Source: Candidatus Eiseniibacteriota bacterium (lineage in GTDB: Bacteria > Eisenbacteria > RBG-16-71-46 > CAVPCR01). From it: DNA of 64,000 bases. A program made the translations under genes and the position numbers. The stretch is taken from positions 1,344,001-1,408,000 of the forward strand of contig CAWGMA010000001.1 in NCBI GenBank assembly GCA_963823555.1, in the 5' to 3' direction. Each line of letters starts with the position of its first letter. Positions within the stretch are counted from its first letter, which is position 1. This document shows, in pieces, positions 29,653 through 40,146 of the stretch. The notes under the pieces were generated by a model. It searched no databases. It worked only from the letters and a program-made list of their open reading frames with translations, and was not told the origin of the DNA.

Positions 29653-29673
29653 CGGCAAGGGTCCAGGAGGGGA

Positions 29674-29750
29674 TGGTGCGCCCGGCAGGATTTGAACCTG
29701 CGACCTACGGCTCCGGAGGCCGTCGCTCTATCCAGCTGAGCCACGGGCGC
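29674..29750 (-). tRNA. tRNA-Arg(CCG)
   Basis: GCGCCCGTGGCTCAGCTGGATAGAGC...CT-CCG-GA...GGTTCAAATCC...CCA; cloverleaf, 77 nt. Confidence 0.96.
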
Positions 29751-29904
29751 GCGCGTCGGTAGCAAACTCGGACTATGACACAGGCCATGGGCGGGCGACA
29801 AGCCGTCCTCAGGTGAGCCGGAGCGCCGGCTCTCGTCCTGGAGAACGAGGGCGGGTGCCGTGAACGCGACCCGGCTCGGACTCGGCGCGAAGACGAGGCC
29901 CGAG

Positions 29905-30699
29905 CTAGCCGCTCCCCATCAGCCGCCCGAGGGCCTGTGCCGGACTGTCGGCTCGCATCAGGGTTTCGCTGATCAGCACGGCATCCACCGCGGATTGCTC
30001 GAGCCGGATGATGTCATCGCGGGTACGGATGCCGCTCTCCGAGACCAGCACCCGGTCGTGCGGCAGGAGACGGCTCAGACGCTCCGTGGTCGCGAGGTCG
30101 ACCTGAAAACTGGCGAGGTCGCGGTTGTTGACACCCACGACGACGGCACCGCTGGCCAGCGCGCGCTCGAGCTCGGATTCGTCATGGACCTCGACCAGGC
30201 ACTCGATACCGAGTTCCCCGGCCTGTTCGAGGAATCGCCTGAGCTCATCGGCTCCGACCAGGAGGGAGGCAATGAGCAGGATGGCGTCGGCGCCGAGGGC
30301 GCGAGCCTCGACGATCTGGTAGGCGTCGACGATGAAGTCCTTCATGAGCACCGGGCAGTCGACCACCTGCCTCACGCGCAGCAAGGCGTCGCGAGTGCCG
30401 AGGAAGAAACGTTCCTCTGTGACCACCGAGATGGCGGCGGCTCCCCCGCCGGCGTAGGTTCGGGCCAGAAGCTCGGGTTCGAACGGCTCGCGCAGGAGGC
30501 CGGCCGCGGGCGAGGCGTGCTTGATCTCGCAGATGAAGCTGACTCCGCCCTCGGGGCGGCGGCGCAGCCCCTGTCCAAAGAGGCCGCGTGGAGCAAGCGA
30601 GGAATCGATGGCTGCCCTGAGCTCGCGCAGCGGTCGTTCCCGCCGCCGACGGGCAACCTGGGCACGCTGGGATTCGGAGATACGGTTGAGTATGTTCAT
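29905..30699 (-). CDS. trpC: indole-3-glycerol-phosphate synthase
   Basis: EIKHASP, AISVVTE, LMKDFI, LVEVH, GVNNRDL, VSESGI. Confidence 0.95.
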   Translation of the reverse strand: MNILNRISESQRAQVARRRRERPLRELRAAIDSSLAPRGLFGQGLRRRPEGGVSFICEIKHASPAAGLLREPFEPELLARTYAGGGAAAISVVTEERFFLGTRDALLRVRQVVDCPVLMKDFIVDAYQIVEARALGADAILLIASLLVGADELRRFLEQAGELGIECLVEVHDESELERALASGAVVVGVNNRDLASFQVDLATTERLSRLLPHDRVLVSESGIRTRDDIIRLEQSAVDAVLISETLMRADSPAQALGRLMGSG

Positions 30700-30767
30700 C
30701 AGACGGACCAGAGAAAGCGACCGACGTAGAGCCCACGAGTCATTCTAGCCTCATTGTCGCACCAAGA

Positions 30768-31415
30768 CTATCGGCAACGCTGACCCGCCTCGGCTTCGCC
30801 CGTTACGTCTCCTGTGCGGTCGCCGGCGCAGAGGCCGAGGAAGTTCCCGATCAGGTGCTTGCCTTCCGCCGTGAGGATCGACTCCGGATGAAACTGCACT
30901 CCCCAGGTCTCGTGGGCGCGGTGCTTGATCGCCATGATCTCTTCTTCGGACGTGCGAGCCCGGATCTCGAGATCGGCCGGCAAGGTCGCCGGATCCACGA
31001 TCAGCGAGTGATACCGAGTGGCGGTGAACGGGTTGGTGATCCCAGCGAAGACCCCTCGTCCGTCATGGATCACGGAAGAGGTCTTGCCATGCATGATGCG
31101 CGACGCCCGCACGATGCGGCCCCCGTAGACCTGAGCCAGGCACTGGTGCCCCAGGCACACCCCGAGGACTGGAATCAGCCCGGCGGCGCGGGCGATGAGT
31201 GCGCTGGATATCCCGGCCGTGCTGGGGTCGCCAGGGCCGGGCGAGATCAGGATGCCGTGCGGTTCGAGGGCCAGGATCTGGTCCGGAGTGGCCGCATCGT
31301 TGCGACGGATGAGCGGCTTCGCTCCCAGCTCAGCCAGGTACTGGACCAGGTTGTAGGTGAAGGAGTCGTAGTTGTCGACGACGGCGATCCGCGGTGTGCT
31401 CATGATGGGCGTCAT
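30768..31415 (-). CDS. trpG: anthranilate/aminodeoxychorismate synthase component II (glutamine amidotransferase)
   Basis: DNYDSFTYNL, ISPGPGDP, GVCLGHQ, RYHSL, GVQFHPES. Confidence 0.93.
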   Translation of the reverse strand: MTPIMSTPRIAVVDNYDSFTYNLVQYLAELGAKPLIRRNDAATPDQILALEPHGILISPGPGDPSTAGISSALIARAAGLIPVLGVCLGHQCLAQVYGGRIVRASRIMHGKTSSVIHDGRGVFAGITNPFTATRYHSLIVDPATLPADLEIRARTSEEEIMAIKHRAHETWGVQFHPESILTAEGKHLIGNFLGLCAGDRTGDVTGEAEAGQRCR

Positions 31416-31501
31416 GCTTGGCGATGGACGAGATAGCCTCTAAGCAACTCTGTGACAGTGGCTTGCCGCTTCTATTTGGGAGCATACGGGACATGAACAG
31501 T

Positions 31502-33337
31502 CTATGCTTCTGGTGCTGAACGGCTTCCGGCTCGCAGCCTGGGCTTCCTCTTTCTCGCGCCTCCTGCCGCGGGTCTGGGTGGCTCGGGGGCGCGGGGCGC
31601 GTACCGATCCAGGAGCTCGGCCGCCAGCGCCTCGGCGCGGGGGCCGGGGGCGCGTCCAGCGAGGAGGCGCTCGATCTCCAGCAGACGCCCGCCGTGATCC
31701 AGAGGGACCACCTGGCTGGCCGTTCGCCCTTCCCTGACCGCCTTGTCCACGCGCAAGTGAACATGGGCGCGGGCTGCGATCCGAGCCTGATGGGTCACGC
31801 ACAGCACCTGACGGCTCTCGGCGAGGAGAGCCAGCCGATCGGCCACCGCATCGAGGACGATGCCACCGACACCGGTATCGACTTCATCGAAGACGAGCAC
31901 CGGTGCTCCCCCTTCGCCGCGGAGGGCGGTGCGAAGGGCCAGCATGACCCGTGCTAGCTCACCACCCGCCGCGGTCCGACTGAGGGCATGGAACCCTTCG
32001 CCCGGGTTGGGGGCCAGTTCGAAGCGAACCGTTTCCTGGCCGTCCTCGCCGATCACGCCAAGCATATCGGCCGCGGCCGCCAGGATCCTCTCTGGTGGCA
32101 CTCGCGACTGGGGCCGTTGTCTGGCCTCCACGGTGGCGCGGAAGGCGCCGTGAGGAAAGCCAAGCGCTGCGAGTTCCTGGCCGACCGCGGTGCCCAGGCG
32201 TTTGGCGGCGACGGCACGAGCGGCGCTGAGGCGATCGGCGGCGGTTCCGAGCGCGGCGGCGGCTTCCGCCAGATCCCGCGCCAGGATCTCGAGATCGGCG
32301 TCATCGGTGCCGGCGAGCTCGCGCTCGGCAGCACGGGCGGCGACCAGGGCCGCCTCGAGACTGCCATGCCGGCGGGCCAGCGATTCGAGTCGCACGAGGC
32401 GGTCTTCGATCGCCGCCAGGCGTTCGGCCGGATCGCGCTCGAACTCGGCGAGTCGGTCCTCGGCGGTGCGGACAATGTCCTCGATCAGGATGCGTGCTTC
32501 GCGGATCTGCTCATGCATGGGGGCCAGCGCCGGATCCAGGACCTCGAGATGGCGGAAGAGTCCCTCGCTCACGCCGATTCGCTCGAGCGCTGCTCCGTCC
32601 TCATCTGAGAGCAGGCGACCCGCCTGGCGCAGAGATTCCACGATCTTGTCGGCATGGCGAAGTCGTTCGCGCTCGGCTCGGAGTTCGGCGATCTCGTCCG
32701 GTGCGGGAGCGACACGGGCCACTTCGGCTACCAGCTCACGTTGCTCGGCGGCATGCTGCTCGCGCTCGTCGCGGGCCGCGGTGGCGCGAGCGAGGGCTTC
32801 GTGTGCTTCTCGGAGCCGCGCCCGGGCCGCGCGGAGGGCGGTGAGCTCAGGATCGAGACCCGCCGCCGCATCGAGGAGCGAAGCATGCCGGCTCTCGTCG
32901 AGAAGGAGCTGGTGCTCGTGCTGCCCGTGGAGATCGATGAGCTGCTCGCCGAGCCGGCGCAGGGTGGCGAGGGTCACGACCTGATCGTTGACCAGGGCTC
33001 GACTCCGACCATCACGCCCCACCTGGCGACGGAGAACGAGCTCATCGCCGATCGCAACCGGGTCCGGCGCGCCCTCCGGGATCAGGCCCAGTTCCCCCAG
33101 CAGGGGCGCCACCGAGCGGAGAGCGGACTCGTCGAAGACGGCCTCGATCACGGCCGCCTCGGCGCCGTGACGGACGAGATCCGCGTTCGTACGACCGCCG
33201 CGGAGTGCCGCGAGCGCCGCGACGAGGAGCGACTTCCCGGCCCCGGTCTCCCCGGTGAGGATACACAAGCCCGGACCGAACTCGACCGTGGCCCCCGCGA
33301 CCAGCGCGAGGTCACGGACGCTCAGACGTCTGAGCAT
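31502..33337 (-). CDS. recN: DNA repair protein RecN
   Basis: LTGETGAGKS, IDLHGQHEHQ, coiled coil, GGELARVMLAL, VFDEVDTGVGG, QVLCVTH. Confidence 0.95.
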   Translation of the reverse strand: MLRRLSVRDLALVAGATVEFGPGLCILTGETGAGKSLLVAALAALRGGRTNADLVRHGAEAAVIEAVFDESALRSVAPLLGELGLIPEGAPDPVAIGDELVLRRQVGRDGRSRALVNDQVVTLATLRRLGEQLIDLHGQHEHQLLLDESRHASLLDAAAGLDPELTALRAARARLREAHEALARATAARDEREQHAAEQRELVAEVARVAPAPDEIAELRAERERLRHADKIVESLRQAGRLLSDEDGAALERIGVSEGLFRHLEVLDPALAPMHEQIREARILIEDIVRTAEDRLAEFERDPAERLAAIEDRLVRLESLARRHGSLEAALVAARAAERELAGTDDADLEILARDLAEAAAALGTAADRLSAARAVAAKRLGTAVGQELAALGFPHGAFRATVEARQRPQSRVPPERILAAAADMLGVIGEDGQETVRFELAPNPGEGFHALSRTAAGGELARVMLALRTALRGEGGAPVLVFDEVDTGVGGIVLDAVADRLALLAESRQVLCVTHQARIAARAHVHLRVDKAVREGRTASQVVPLDHGGRLLEIERLLAGRAPGPRAEALAAELLDRYAPRAPEPPRPAAGGARKRKPRLRAGSRSAPEA

Positions 33338-34274
33338 GGCCGATCTTGAGCCCGCCCCAGTTGAGCTTGGTGCGCACGACCGAGTAGAAGGAACGACCTC
33401 GCGGCAACACCAGGCGCGTCACCGCCGTCGCCTTCTTGAATGTGACGCGATCGCCGGCCTCGACCGTCGAACCGATCGAGCCATCCACCGCGAGATGGGC
33501 GTGGATTCCCTTGGGCCCGAAGGTGAGTTGCAGGACCTCCTGATCGGAGAAGAGAAACGGTCGCACGGCGAGTGAGTGCGGGCAGATCGGCGTGGCGAGC
33601 AGCGCGGGGATCAGCGGGCGCACGATCGGACCGCCGGCCGACAGGGAATAGGCGGTGGATCCGGTGGGAGTGGAAACCACGATGCCGTCGGCGCGGAACT
33701 CCCCTACCCGCTCGTGATCGATCGTGAGAGCGAGATCCAGGAGCCTCGATGTGGATCCGGCATGGACGACGGCGTCGTTGAGCCCGACACCGGCCACCCG
33801 CGGCGCTCCTCCGGCACCCGGGATGACCGAAGCCTCGATCATGATCCGGTCCTCGACCTCGAATTGCCCGGCCAGGACGCCTTCGAGGATGAGCGACAGG
33901 TCACGATCGCGAACCTCGGTCAAGAACCCGAGTCCGCCGAGGTTGACACCGAGCAGAGGGATATTGGTCCCGGCGGTGAGACGGGCTGCTGTCAGGAGGG
34001 TGCCATCGCCGCCGAGGACGATGAGGAGGTCGGCGGCACGGCCCAGATCGGCGTCCGGGACGACATGGAAGGCACCATCGAGGAACGGGCGCAGCTGGGC
34101 GGTTCCCACGATCTCTCGCCCGCACGAACGGAGGTGTCGGGCGAGAAGTCCGATGGTTTCTGTGGCGCGGGGCTTGTCGAGGTTGGCGTAGATGGCGACG
34201 CGATTGAGCGCACCACGGGTCGAATGGGTTGCCGCGGTTCGCTCGGGGGCGGCTTCGCGCTCCGCGCTAGACAT
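33312..34274 (-). CDS. nadK: NAD+ kinase
   Basis: LGGDGTLL, GVNLGGLGFL, LND, DGIVVSTPTGSTAYSLSAGGP; ATG at 34274. Confidence 0.95.
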   Translation of the reverse strand: MSSAEREAAPERTAATHSTRGALNRVAIYANLDKPRATETIGLLARHLRSCGREIVGTAQLRPFLDGAFHVVPDADLGRAADLLIVLGGDGTLLTAARLTAGTNIPLLGVNLGGLGFLTEVRDRDLSLILEGVLAGQFEVEDRIMIEASVIPGAGGAPRVAGVGLNDAVVHAGSTSRLLDLALTIDHERVGEFRADGIVVSTPTGSTAYSLSAGGPIVRPLIPALLATPICPHSLAVRPFLFSDQEVLQLTFGPKGIHAHLAVDGSIGSTVEAGDRVTFKKATAVTRLVLPRGRSFYSVVRTKLNWGGLKIGHAQTSERP

Positions 34275-36381
34275 GGCTCGTAGCGCGAAGCCAGCTCTGC
34301 ACGCGCTCGGCGACCTGATCGGTAGTGAGCCCCGCGTCAGCGAGGCACTCGGCGCGGCTACCATGCTGGATGAAGCGATCAGGGATGCCGAATCGGCGGA
34401 CACGCGCCGAGACTCCGCGTTCCTCGAGAAGCTCGAGGATGGCCGAGCCGAAGCCGCCGGCAAGCTGACCCTCCTCGATCGTGACCAGGAAGCCGAGGCG
34501 CGCCGCGAGCCCGAGCACGAGCTCCTCGTCGAGAGGCTTGGCGAAGCGGGCATTGACCACGGTGGCGTTGATCCCTTGACGCTCGAGCGCCTCGGCCGCG
34601 CCCATGGCCACGGCGGTCATGGTGCCGTAAGCGATGAAGGCGAGATCCGCTCCCTCGCGGAGGACCTCCGCCTTGCCCCAGGCGATCGGCGTCCACTCCT
34701 CATCGAAGCCGATTCCGGTGCCGTTGTCCCGCGGATAGCGGATCGCCACCGGGCCGTCTTCATGGCCGAGAGCGGTGTACAGCATGCGCCGGAGCTCGCG
34801 CTCGCACTTGGGGGCCATGAGGGTCATGTTGGGCACGGTGCGCAGGTAGGCGATATCGAACGTGCCGTGGTGGGTCGGACCGTCTTGCCCGACCAATCCG
34901 CCGCGGTCGATGGCCAGGATGACCGGAAGCTTCTGCAGGGCGATGTCGTGAACGACCTGATCGTAGGCCCGCTGCAGGAAGGTGGAGTAGATGGCGGCGA
35001 TGGGACGCTTGCCGTCGGCGGCCAGGCCCGCGGCCATCTCGAGGGCGCACTGCTCAGCAATGCCGACATCGAGGAAACGATCGGGAAACGCATGGGCGAA
35101 TTCCACGAGGCCCGTGCCGCTCGGCATGGCCGCGGTGAGTGCGATCACGCGCGGGTCGAGACGTGCCAGGTCGATGGCGGTGCGCCCGAAGGCCTGGGTG
35201 AAGGTCATGGCCGTTGACTTGATCTTGACCTCGGCTCCTGTTGCCGGATCGATCTTTCCCACGCCGTGCATGCGCTCGATGTGCTTCTCGGCGTACTCGA
35301 CCCCCTTCCCCTTCTGGGTCAATGTGTGCAAGAGGATGGGGCCCTTGACCTGAGTCAGGTGGCGCAGCGTATGAATGAGGAGCGGTAGGTCGTGCCCATC
35401 GATCGGGCCGTAGTAGCGGAATCCGAGCTCCTCGAACAGGATGTTGGGGATGACGAGGTTCTTGAGACCTTCCTTGATGCGGTGGGCGAGGATCTGGGCC
35501 ACTCCGCCTGCTGGAAGCTTTCCCAGAAGCTCCCAGACATCGGCCTCGAAGCGGCGATAGACCGGGGCCGAGGCGACCCGCGTCAGATACTTGGAGAGCG
35601 CACCGACATTGGGCGAGATCGACATCTCGTTGTCGTTGAGAATGACGAGCATGTCGTGGCGGAGGGCGCCCGCTTGATTCAGCGCCTCGTAGGCCAGTCC
35701 CCCGGTGAGAGCGCCGTCTCCCACCACGGCGACGACCCGGTTCGAGCGGCCGGACAGATCGCGAGCCACGGCCATGCCGAGCGCGGCCCCGATCGAGGTC
35801 GACGCGTGGGCCGTGCCGAAGGCGTCATGAGGGCTCTCGCTGCGCACCGGAAAGCCCGAGATCCCGCCGCGAGTACGCAGCGTGTGAAAGCGGTCGCGGC
35901 GTCCGGTCAGGAGCTTGTGCGGATAGCACTGGTGCCCGACATCCCAGACGATCTTGTCGGTCGGGGTGTCGAAGACGTAATGGAGGGCGATCGCCAGCTC
36001 GACCGATCCGAGGCCGGCACCCAGGTGCCCGCCGGTCTGCGACACCGTGCGCACGAGCTCCTCACGGATTTCCTGGGCCAGGAGCGTCAGATCGCTCTCT
36101 GCCAGGCGCTTCAAGTCCGCGGGCGAATCGATGCGGTCGAGGATGCGTCCCGGTTCAGCGGTCCTGGCTCCATCGTCGGTGGGTGGGATCGGGTTCGGGG
36201 CCGGCGGAGCGGCGGATTCGGCCGCGGCGCGAGCGGACGATCGCCGGCCACTCCGGGCACGGGGGGAACTCGGACTGGCCGCCCGGCCCCTCCGCCCGGC
36301 AGGCGATGAGGGCTCGATATCGGCATCAAGCGGGGGCACTTTCATTCGGGCGCCGCGCGATGCGGGCGACTTGCTGCTCAT
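34267..36381 (-). CDS. dxs: 1-deoxy-D-xylulose-5-phosphate synthase
   Basis: [59 protein letters not shown]; long N-terminal extension. Confidence 0.96.
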   Translation of the reverse strand: MSSKSPASRGARMKVPPLDADIEPSSPAGRRGRAASPSSPRARSGRRSSARAAAESAAPPAPNPIPPTDDGARTAEPGRILDRIDSPADLKRLAESDLTLLAQEIREELVRTVSQTGGHLGAGLGSVELAIALHYVFDTPTDKIVWDVGHQCYPHKLLTGRRDRFHTLRTRGGISGFPVRSESPHDAFGTAHASTSIGAALGMAVARDLSGRSNRVVAVVGDGALTGGLAYEALNQAGALRHDMLVILNDNEMSISPNVGALSKYLTRVASAPVYRRFEADVWELLGKLPAGGVAQILAHRIKEGLKNLVIPNILFEELGFRYYGPIDGHDLPLLIHTLRHLTQVKGPILLHTLTQKGKGVEYAEKHIERMHGVGKIDPATGAEVKIKSTAMTFTQAFGRTAIDLARLDPRVIALTAAMPSGTGLVEFAHAFPDRFLDVGIAEQCALEMAAGLAADGKRPIAAIYSTFLQRAYDQVVHDIALQKLPVILAIDRGGLVGQDGPTHHGTFDIAYLRTVPNMTLMAPKCERELRRMLYTALGHEDGPVAIRYPRDNGTGIGFDEEWTPIAWGKAEVLREGADLAFIAYGTMTAVAMGAAEALERQGINATVVNARFAKPLDEELVLGLAARLGFLVTIEEGQLAGGFGSAILELLEERGVSARVRRFGIPDRFIQHGSRAECLADAGLTTDQVAERVQSWLRATSHV

Positions 36382-36594
36382 CGTGGCACTGGGATCCTTG
36401 CCGATTCGCCGGGACCAGAGGCCATGTGCGAGGCTCACCTGGCCGAGGACTGGTCTGGATGCACGCCGGCCGGAGGTGGCGAACGATCCCCACCCGGGGG
36501 CGGCGCGGGCTCAAGCCTCCTCCTCCCCACGTTCCCGCCCGGAGAGTACCCCAACCGGGGATGGGATGCGACTCATAGATGGGGCCCCTGAGGG

Positions 36595-37485
36595 CTAGCT
36601 CGCGCGGAGAGCGACGTAATCGGCCAGATCGGCGGCCAGAGCGCCGACGTCGCCCCCGAACCCATGCGCGGCGGCGGCCGCCTCCTGATGCGCCTGACCC
36701 AGGGCCGAGCGAGCCTGCTTGGCGCCCAGGACCCCCGGATACGTGTCGGGAGCCCGGGAGCCGTCGGTAGCCAGGTCGAGGAGGTCGTCGGCGATCTGGA
36801 AAGCCAGGCCGAGGTGCTCGGCGTAGCGCTGAAGGCGGACGAGGAGCGGCCGGCTGGCCCCGGCAGCCAGCCCACCCGAGAGGATGGCCGCCTCGAAAAG
36901 TCTCCCGGTCTTCATGCGATGGACGCGCTCGAGCGCGGCTGGAGACGGCGTGTTGCGGGAGGCTCCCAGCACCAGGTCGCGCTCCAGGGCTTGCCCGCCG
37001 ATCATGCCGCCCGCGCCGGTGGCCGCAGCCAGGATCCGGGAGATGGCCGTGGCTGCTCCCCGCGGCCATCTCGGTAGCGGTCGCGACAGCACGTGAAAGG
37101 CGAGCGCAAGGAGCGCATCTCCCGCCAAGAGGGCCGTGGCCTCATCGAAGGCGCAATGCAGGCTCGGCTGTCCCCGGCGCTCTGCGCTGTCGTCCATGCA
37201 GGGGAGATCGTCATGGACGAGGGAGAACGAGTGAACGAGCTCGACGGCGCACGCAGCCGGGAGCGCCCCGCGACCGCGTCCGCCGGCGGCGGAAAATCCG
37301 AGTTCCGTGAGCGCCGGGCGCAGGCGCTTACCTCCCGGAAGCACGGCGTAGCGCATGGCCGCGTGCAGGCGGTGGGGTTCCTCGTCAGCGCCCGGGAGGA
37401 GGCGATCGAGCGCCTGATCCACGGCGCGAGAGGTACGCACGAGGAAGCGTTCGAGGCGCTTCGAGGGTACCGTCTCAGCGTTCAT
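36595..37485 (-). CDS. ispA: farnesyl-diphosphate / polyprenyl synthase
   Basis: GGKRLRP, FARM DDLPCMD, KTGRL, SARM FQIADDLLD. Confidence 0.93.
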   Translation of the reverse strand: MNAETVPSKRLERFLVRTSRAVDQALDRLLPGADEEPHRLHAAMRYAVLPGGKRLRPALTELGFSAAGGRGRGALPAACAVELVHSFSLVHDDLPCMDDSAERRGQPSLHCAFDEATALLAGDALLALAFHVLSRPLPRWPRGAATAISRILAAATGAGGMIGGQALERDLVLGASRNTPSPAALERVHRMKTGRLFEAAILSGGLAAGASRPLLVRLQRYAEHLGLAFQIADDLLDLATDGSRAPDTYPGVLGAKQARSALGQAHQEAAAAAHGFGGDVGALAADLADYVALRAS

Positions 37486-37780
37486 TCGGGGTTTCCAGCG
37501 CCGAGTTGCCGGGAATCTCGAAATCCTCCTCCAAGATGCGACTGGCCTCTGCGGTGAGCTTCTTGACCTGACTTTCGGCGCGCTTGAGCTCGTGGGCGCA
37601 GCGACGCACGAGCTCCATGCCCTCTTCGAAGCTGCGAATCGACTGATCGAGACCGAGCTCGCCTTCCTCCAGATCCGTGACGATCTGCTCGAGCCGCTCC
37701 ATGGCCGCCTCGAAATCGAGGGCCGATGCCTCGGGCCCGGGCGCGGCCTTTCTCGTCGGTCCTTGCTTCCGTTCAGTCAT
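37475..37780 (-). CDS. xseB: exodeoxyribonuclease VII small subunit
   Basis: FEAAMERLEQIV..LE.GEL.L..S...FEEG; adjacent to xseA. Confidence 0.93.
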   Translation of the reverse strand: MTERKQGPTRKAAPGPEASALDFEAAMERLEQIVTDLEEGELGLDQSIRSFEEGMELVRRCAHELKRAESQVKKLTAEASRILEEDFEIPGNSALETPNER

Positions 37781-39210
37781 TCCTTCTCCTCCGGGATGGA
37801 AGCAGACGATCCCGCTCCCGGGAGGGGTTCCCCGGGAACGATAGCGCAGATCTCCGCGGCCGCGCGGCCGTCGTGGAAATTGAGCTCGACGCGGTCCCCG
37901 GCCGCGAGGCTCCTGGTGCCGGTGACGGTCTCCCCATCGGGCCGCCGGACGAGAACGTACCCGCGGCGGAGCACCTGTCCGGGACCGAGTGCGTCGAGCC
38001 GTCCAGCCAGGCCCTCGACCCGCGCCTTCCGTTCGGGGGCGAGGGTGCGGGCGGTGCCGGCCAGGCGGACCAGCACGAGCTCGAGCCGTGCCTTTGCCGT
38101 CCGCTTCTTCTGGCCGAGTCCCACCGGCAAGCGGCGAGCCAGGGCGGCAAGCTGGGTTCCATGGCGCTCATGAAGGTGAGCGAGGCTCATCGCCATGGCC
38201 TCGCATAGCTCGTCGACGCGTTGCTGGCCTGCTTTGAGCATGAGAGAGGGCTGGCGTAACGCGTAGCTCGATCGCACTGCGGCGAGTCGCGCACGTTCCG
38301 CCAAGAGGCGCGAGGTCATTTCCCGGGTGAGCCGGCGGTCGATCCGGGCGAGCTTCGCCAGGAGGTCTCTCGTATCCGGCACCGCCAGCTCCACGGCGTG
38401 CGACGGTGTCGCCGCCCGTTCATCGGCGGCCAGGTCAGCGAGGGTCAAGTCCGATTCGTGCCCGACCGCGCTGACCACGGGGATCCTGGAAGCGGCGATG
38501 GCCCGCACGACAGGCTCCTCGTTGAAAGCCCAGAGATCCTCCAGGGAGCCGCCACCGCGGCCGACCAGCAGAACCTCGGCCGCTCCGTATCGGTTCTGGC
38601 GCTCGATGGCGCGGGCGATCGAGGATGCCGCACCCTCCCCCTGCACCTGGGCCGGGGCCAGGAGGATGCGAGTCCCGGGAGCACGGAGCCGGATCAGGCG
38701 CACGAAGTCGCGGACCGCCGCACCGCTGGGTGACGTGACGAGACCGACGGTGCGGACATAGGCCGGCAGTGGTCTCTTGCGTTCGCTGGCGAACAATCCC
38801 TCGCGGTCGAGCATGGCGCGGAGCTGCTCGCGCCGTGCGATCAGGTCTCCGGTGCCGGCCAGCACCATGGTCTCGACCTGGAGCTGGAGCCGTCCCTGCT
38901 TGGGGTAGACCGTGACGAGGCCACTGGCCTCGACGCGCATACCGTCGGCGGGCTTGAAGCGAACGTGGCGAGCGTGATCATTGAACATCACGCAGCCGAG
39001 CGCGGCATCACCGTCGCGGAGGGTGAAATAGCGGTGCCCGGAAGCGTGGGAGACGAAGTTGGTGATCTCGCCGGTGACGAGGATGGACCGCGGGAAGGAG
39101 ACGTCGAGGGTGCGGCGGATCGCCTGCACGATCTCGCGCACCGTGTAGGGGCGGCCGCCGGGGGCGAGCTCTGGAGCGCTGAAGACCATGGAGGTTTGGA
39201 TCTCCGGCAC
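37777..39210 (-). CDS. xseA: exodeoxyribonuclease VII large subunit
   Basis: GEITNF...SGHRYFTLRD, VTSPSGAAVRD, RGGGSLEDLWAFNEE, SAVGHESD, TPS. Confidence 0.95.
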   Translation of the reverse strand: MPEIQTSMVFSAPELAPGGRPYTVREIVQAIRRTLDVSFPRSILVTGEITNFVSHASGHRYFTLRDGDAALGCVMFNDHARHVRFKPADGMRVEASGLVTVYPKQGRLQLQVETMVLAGTGDLIARREQLRAMLDREGLFASERKRPLPAYVRTVGLVTSPSGAAVRDFVRLIRLRAPGTRILLAPAQVQGEGAASSIARAIERQNRYGAAEVLLVGRGGGSLEDLWAFNEEPVVRAIAASRIPVVSAVGHESDLTLADLAADERAATPSHAVELAVPDTRDLLAKLARIDRRLTREMTSRLLAERARLAAVRSSYALRQPSLMLKAGQQRVDELCEAMAMSLAHLHERHGTQLAALARRLPVGLGQKKRTAKARLELVLVRLAGTARTLAPERKARVEGLAGRLDALGPGQVLRRGYVLVRRPDGETVTGTRSLAAGDRVELNFHDGRAAAEICAIVPGEPLPGAGSSASIPEEKE

Positions 39211-39218
39211 GGCTCCGG

Positions 39219-40142
39219 CTAGCGGCTGCCGGGCGCGCGGGTCGCCACGGCCGCCCCCTTGGCCTCGAAACGCGCCATGGCCGCGCCGACCGTGTTATGG
39301 ACGAGGGCTGCGATCGTCATCGGACCTACCCCGCCCGGCACCGGAGTGATGGCGCCGGCGATCGCGCTCACCGCGGGGAAGTCGACATCACCTACCAGGC
39401 GCGTGGCCCCGGGCTTGGTGGAATCTGGGACCCGATTGATCCCGACGTCGATGACCGTGGCCCCGGGCCGGACCATGTTCCTCGTGACGAGGCCCGCCTG
39501 GCCGCTGGCGGCCACCAGGATGTCCGCGCTCTGCGCCACGGACTCGAGGTTCCTGGTCCGCGAATGACACAACGTGACGGTGGCATCGCCGAGTGGCCCC
39601 CGCGTCGAGAGGAGGATCGACAGCGGCCGGCCGACGATGGCCGAGCGGCCGATGATCACGGCATGGCGTCCGGCCACCGCGATCTCGTAGCGCTTGAGGA
39701 GCTCGAGAATGCCGCGCGGCGTGGCCGGGACGAATCGCGGACGGCCGAGGGCCAGAAGGCCCTGGTTCCAGGGGTGCAGGCAGTCCACGTCCTTCTCCGG
39801 CGGTACGCGCTCCTGCGCTTGCTCGGCGTCGAGCCCCTCCGGGAGGGGCAGCTGGACGAGGATGCCATCGACTTCGGGATCGGTGCCCAGCCGCTCGAGA
39901 GTGTCGTTCAGGTGGGCTTGCATCGTCTCGGCCGGAAGATGCACGACCTGAGAGCGGATCCCCGCCTCCGCCGCTGCACGGTCCTTGTTGCGTACGTAGA
40001 TCGCCGAAGCCGCGTTCTCCCCCACCCAGACGACCGCGAGTCCGGGCACGATGCCGGACCGGGAATGGAGCGCTTCGGTCTGCTTCCTGATCTCCGCCCG
40101 CCAGTGCGCGGCGGTCGCCTTGCCATCGAGGATGATCGGCAT
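39219..40142 (-). CDS. folD: bifunctional methylenetetrahydrofolate dehydrogenase/cyclohydrolase
   Basis: ILDGK, YVRNK, GILVQLPLP, KDVD, GRSAIVGRP, ITPVPGGVGPMT. Confidence 0.96.
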   Translation of the reverse strand: MPIILDGKATAAHWRAEIRKQTEALHSRSGIVPGLAVVWVGENAASAIYVRNKDRAAAEAGIRSQVVHLPAETMQAHLNDTLERLGTDPEVDGILVQLPLPEGLDAEQAQERVPPEKDVDCLHPWNQGLLALGRPRFVPATPRGILELLKRYEIAVAGRHAVIIGRSAIVGRPLSILLSTRGPLGDATVTLCHSRTRNLESVAQSADILVAASGQAGLVTRNMVRPGATVIDVGINRVPDSTKPGATRLVGDVDFPAVSAIAGAITPVPGGVGPMTIAALVHNTVGAAMARFEAKGAAVATRAPGSR

Positions 40143-40146
40143 CGAT

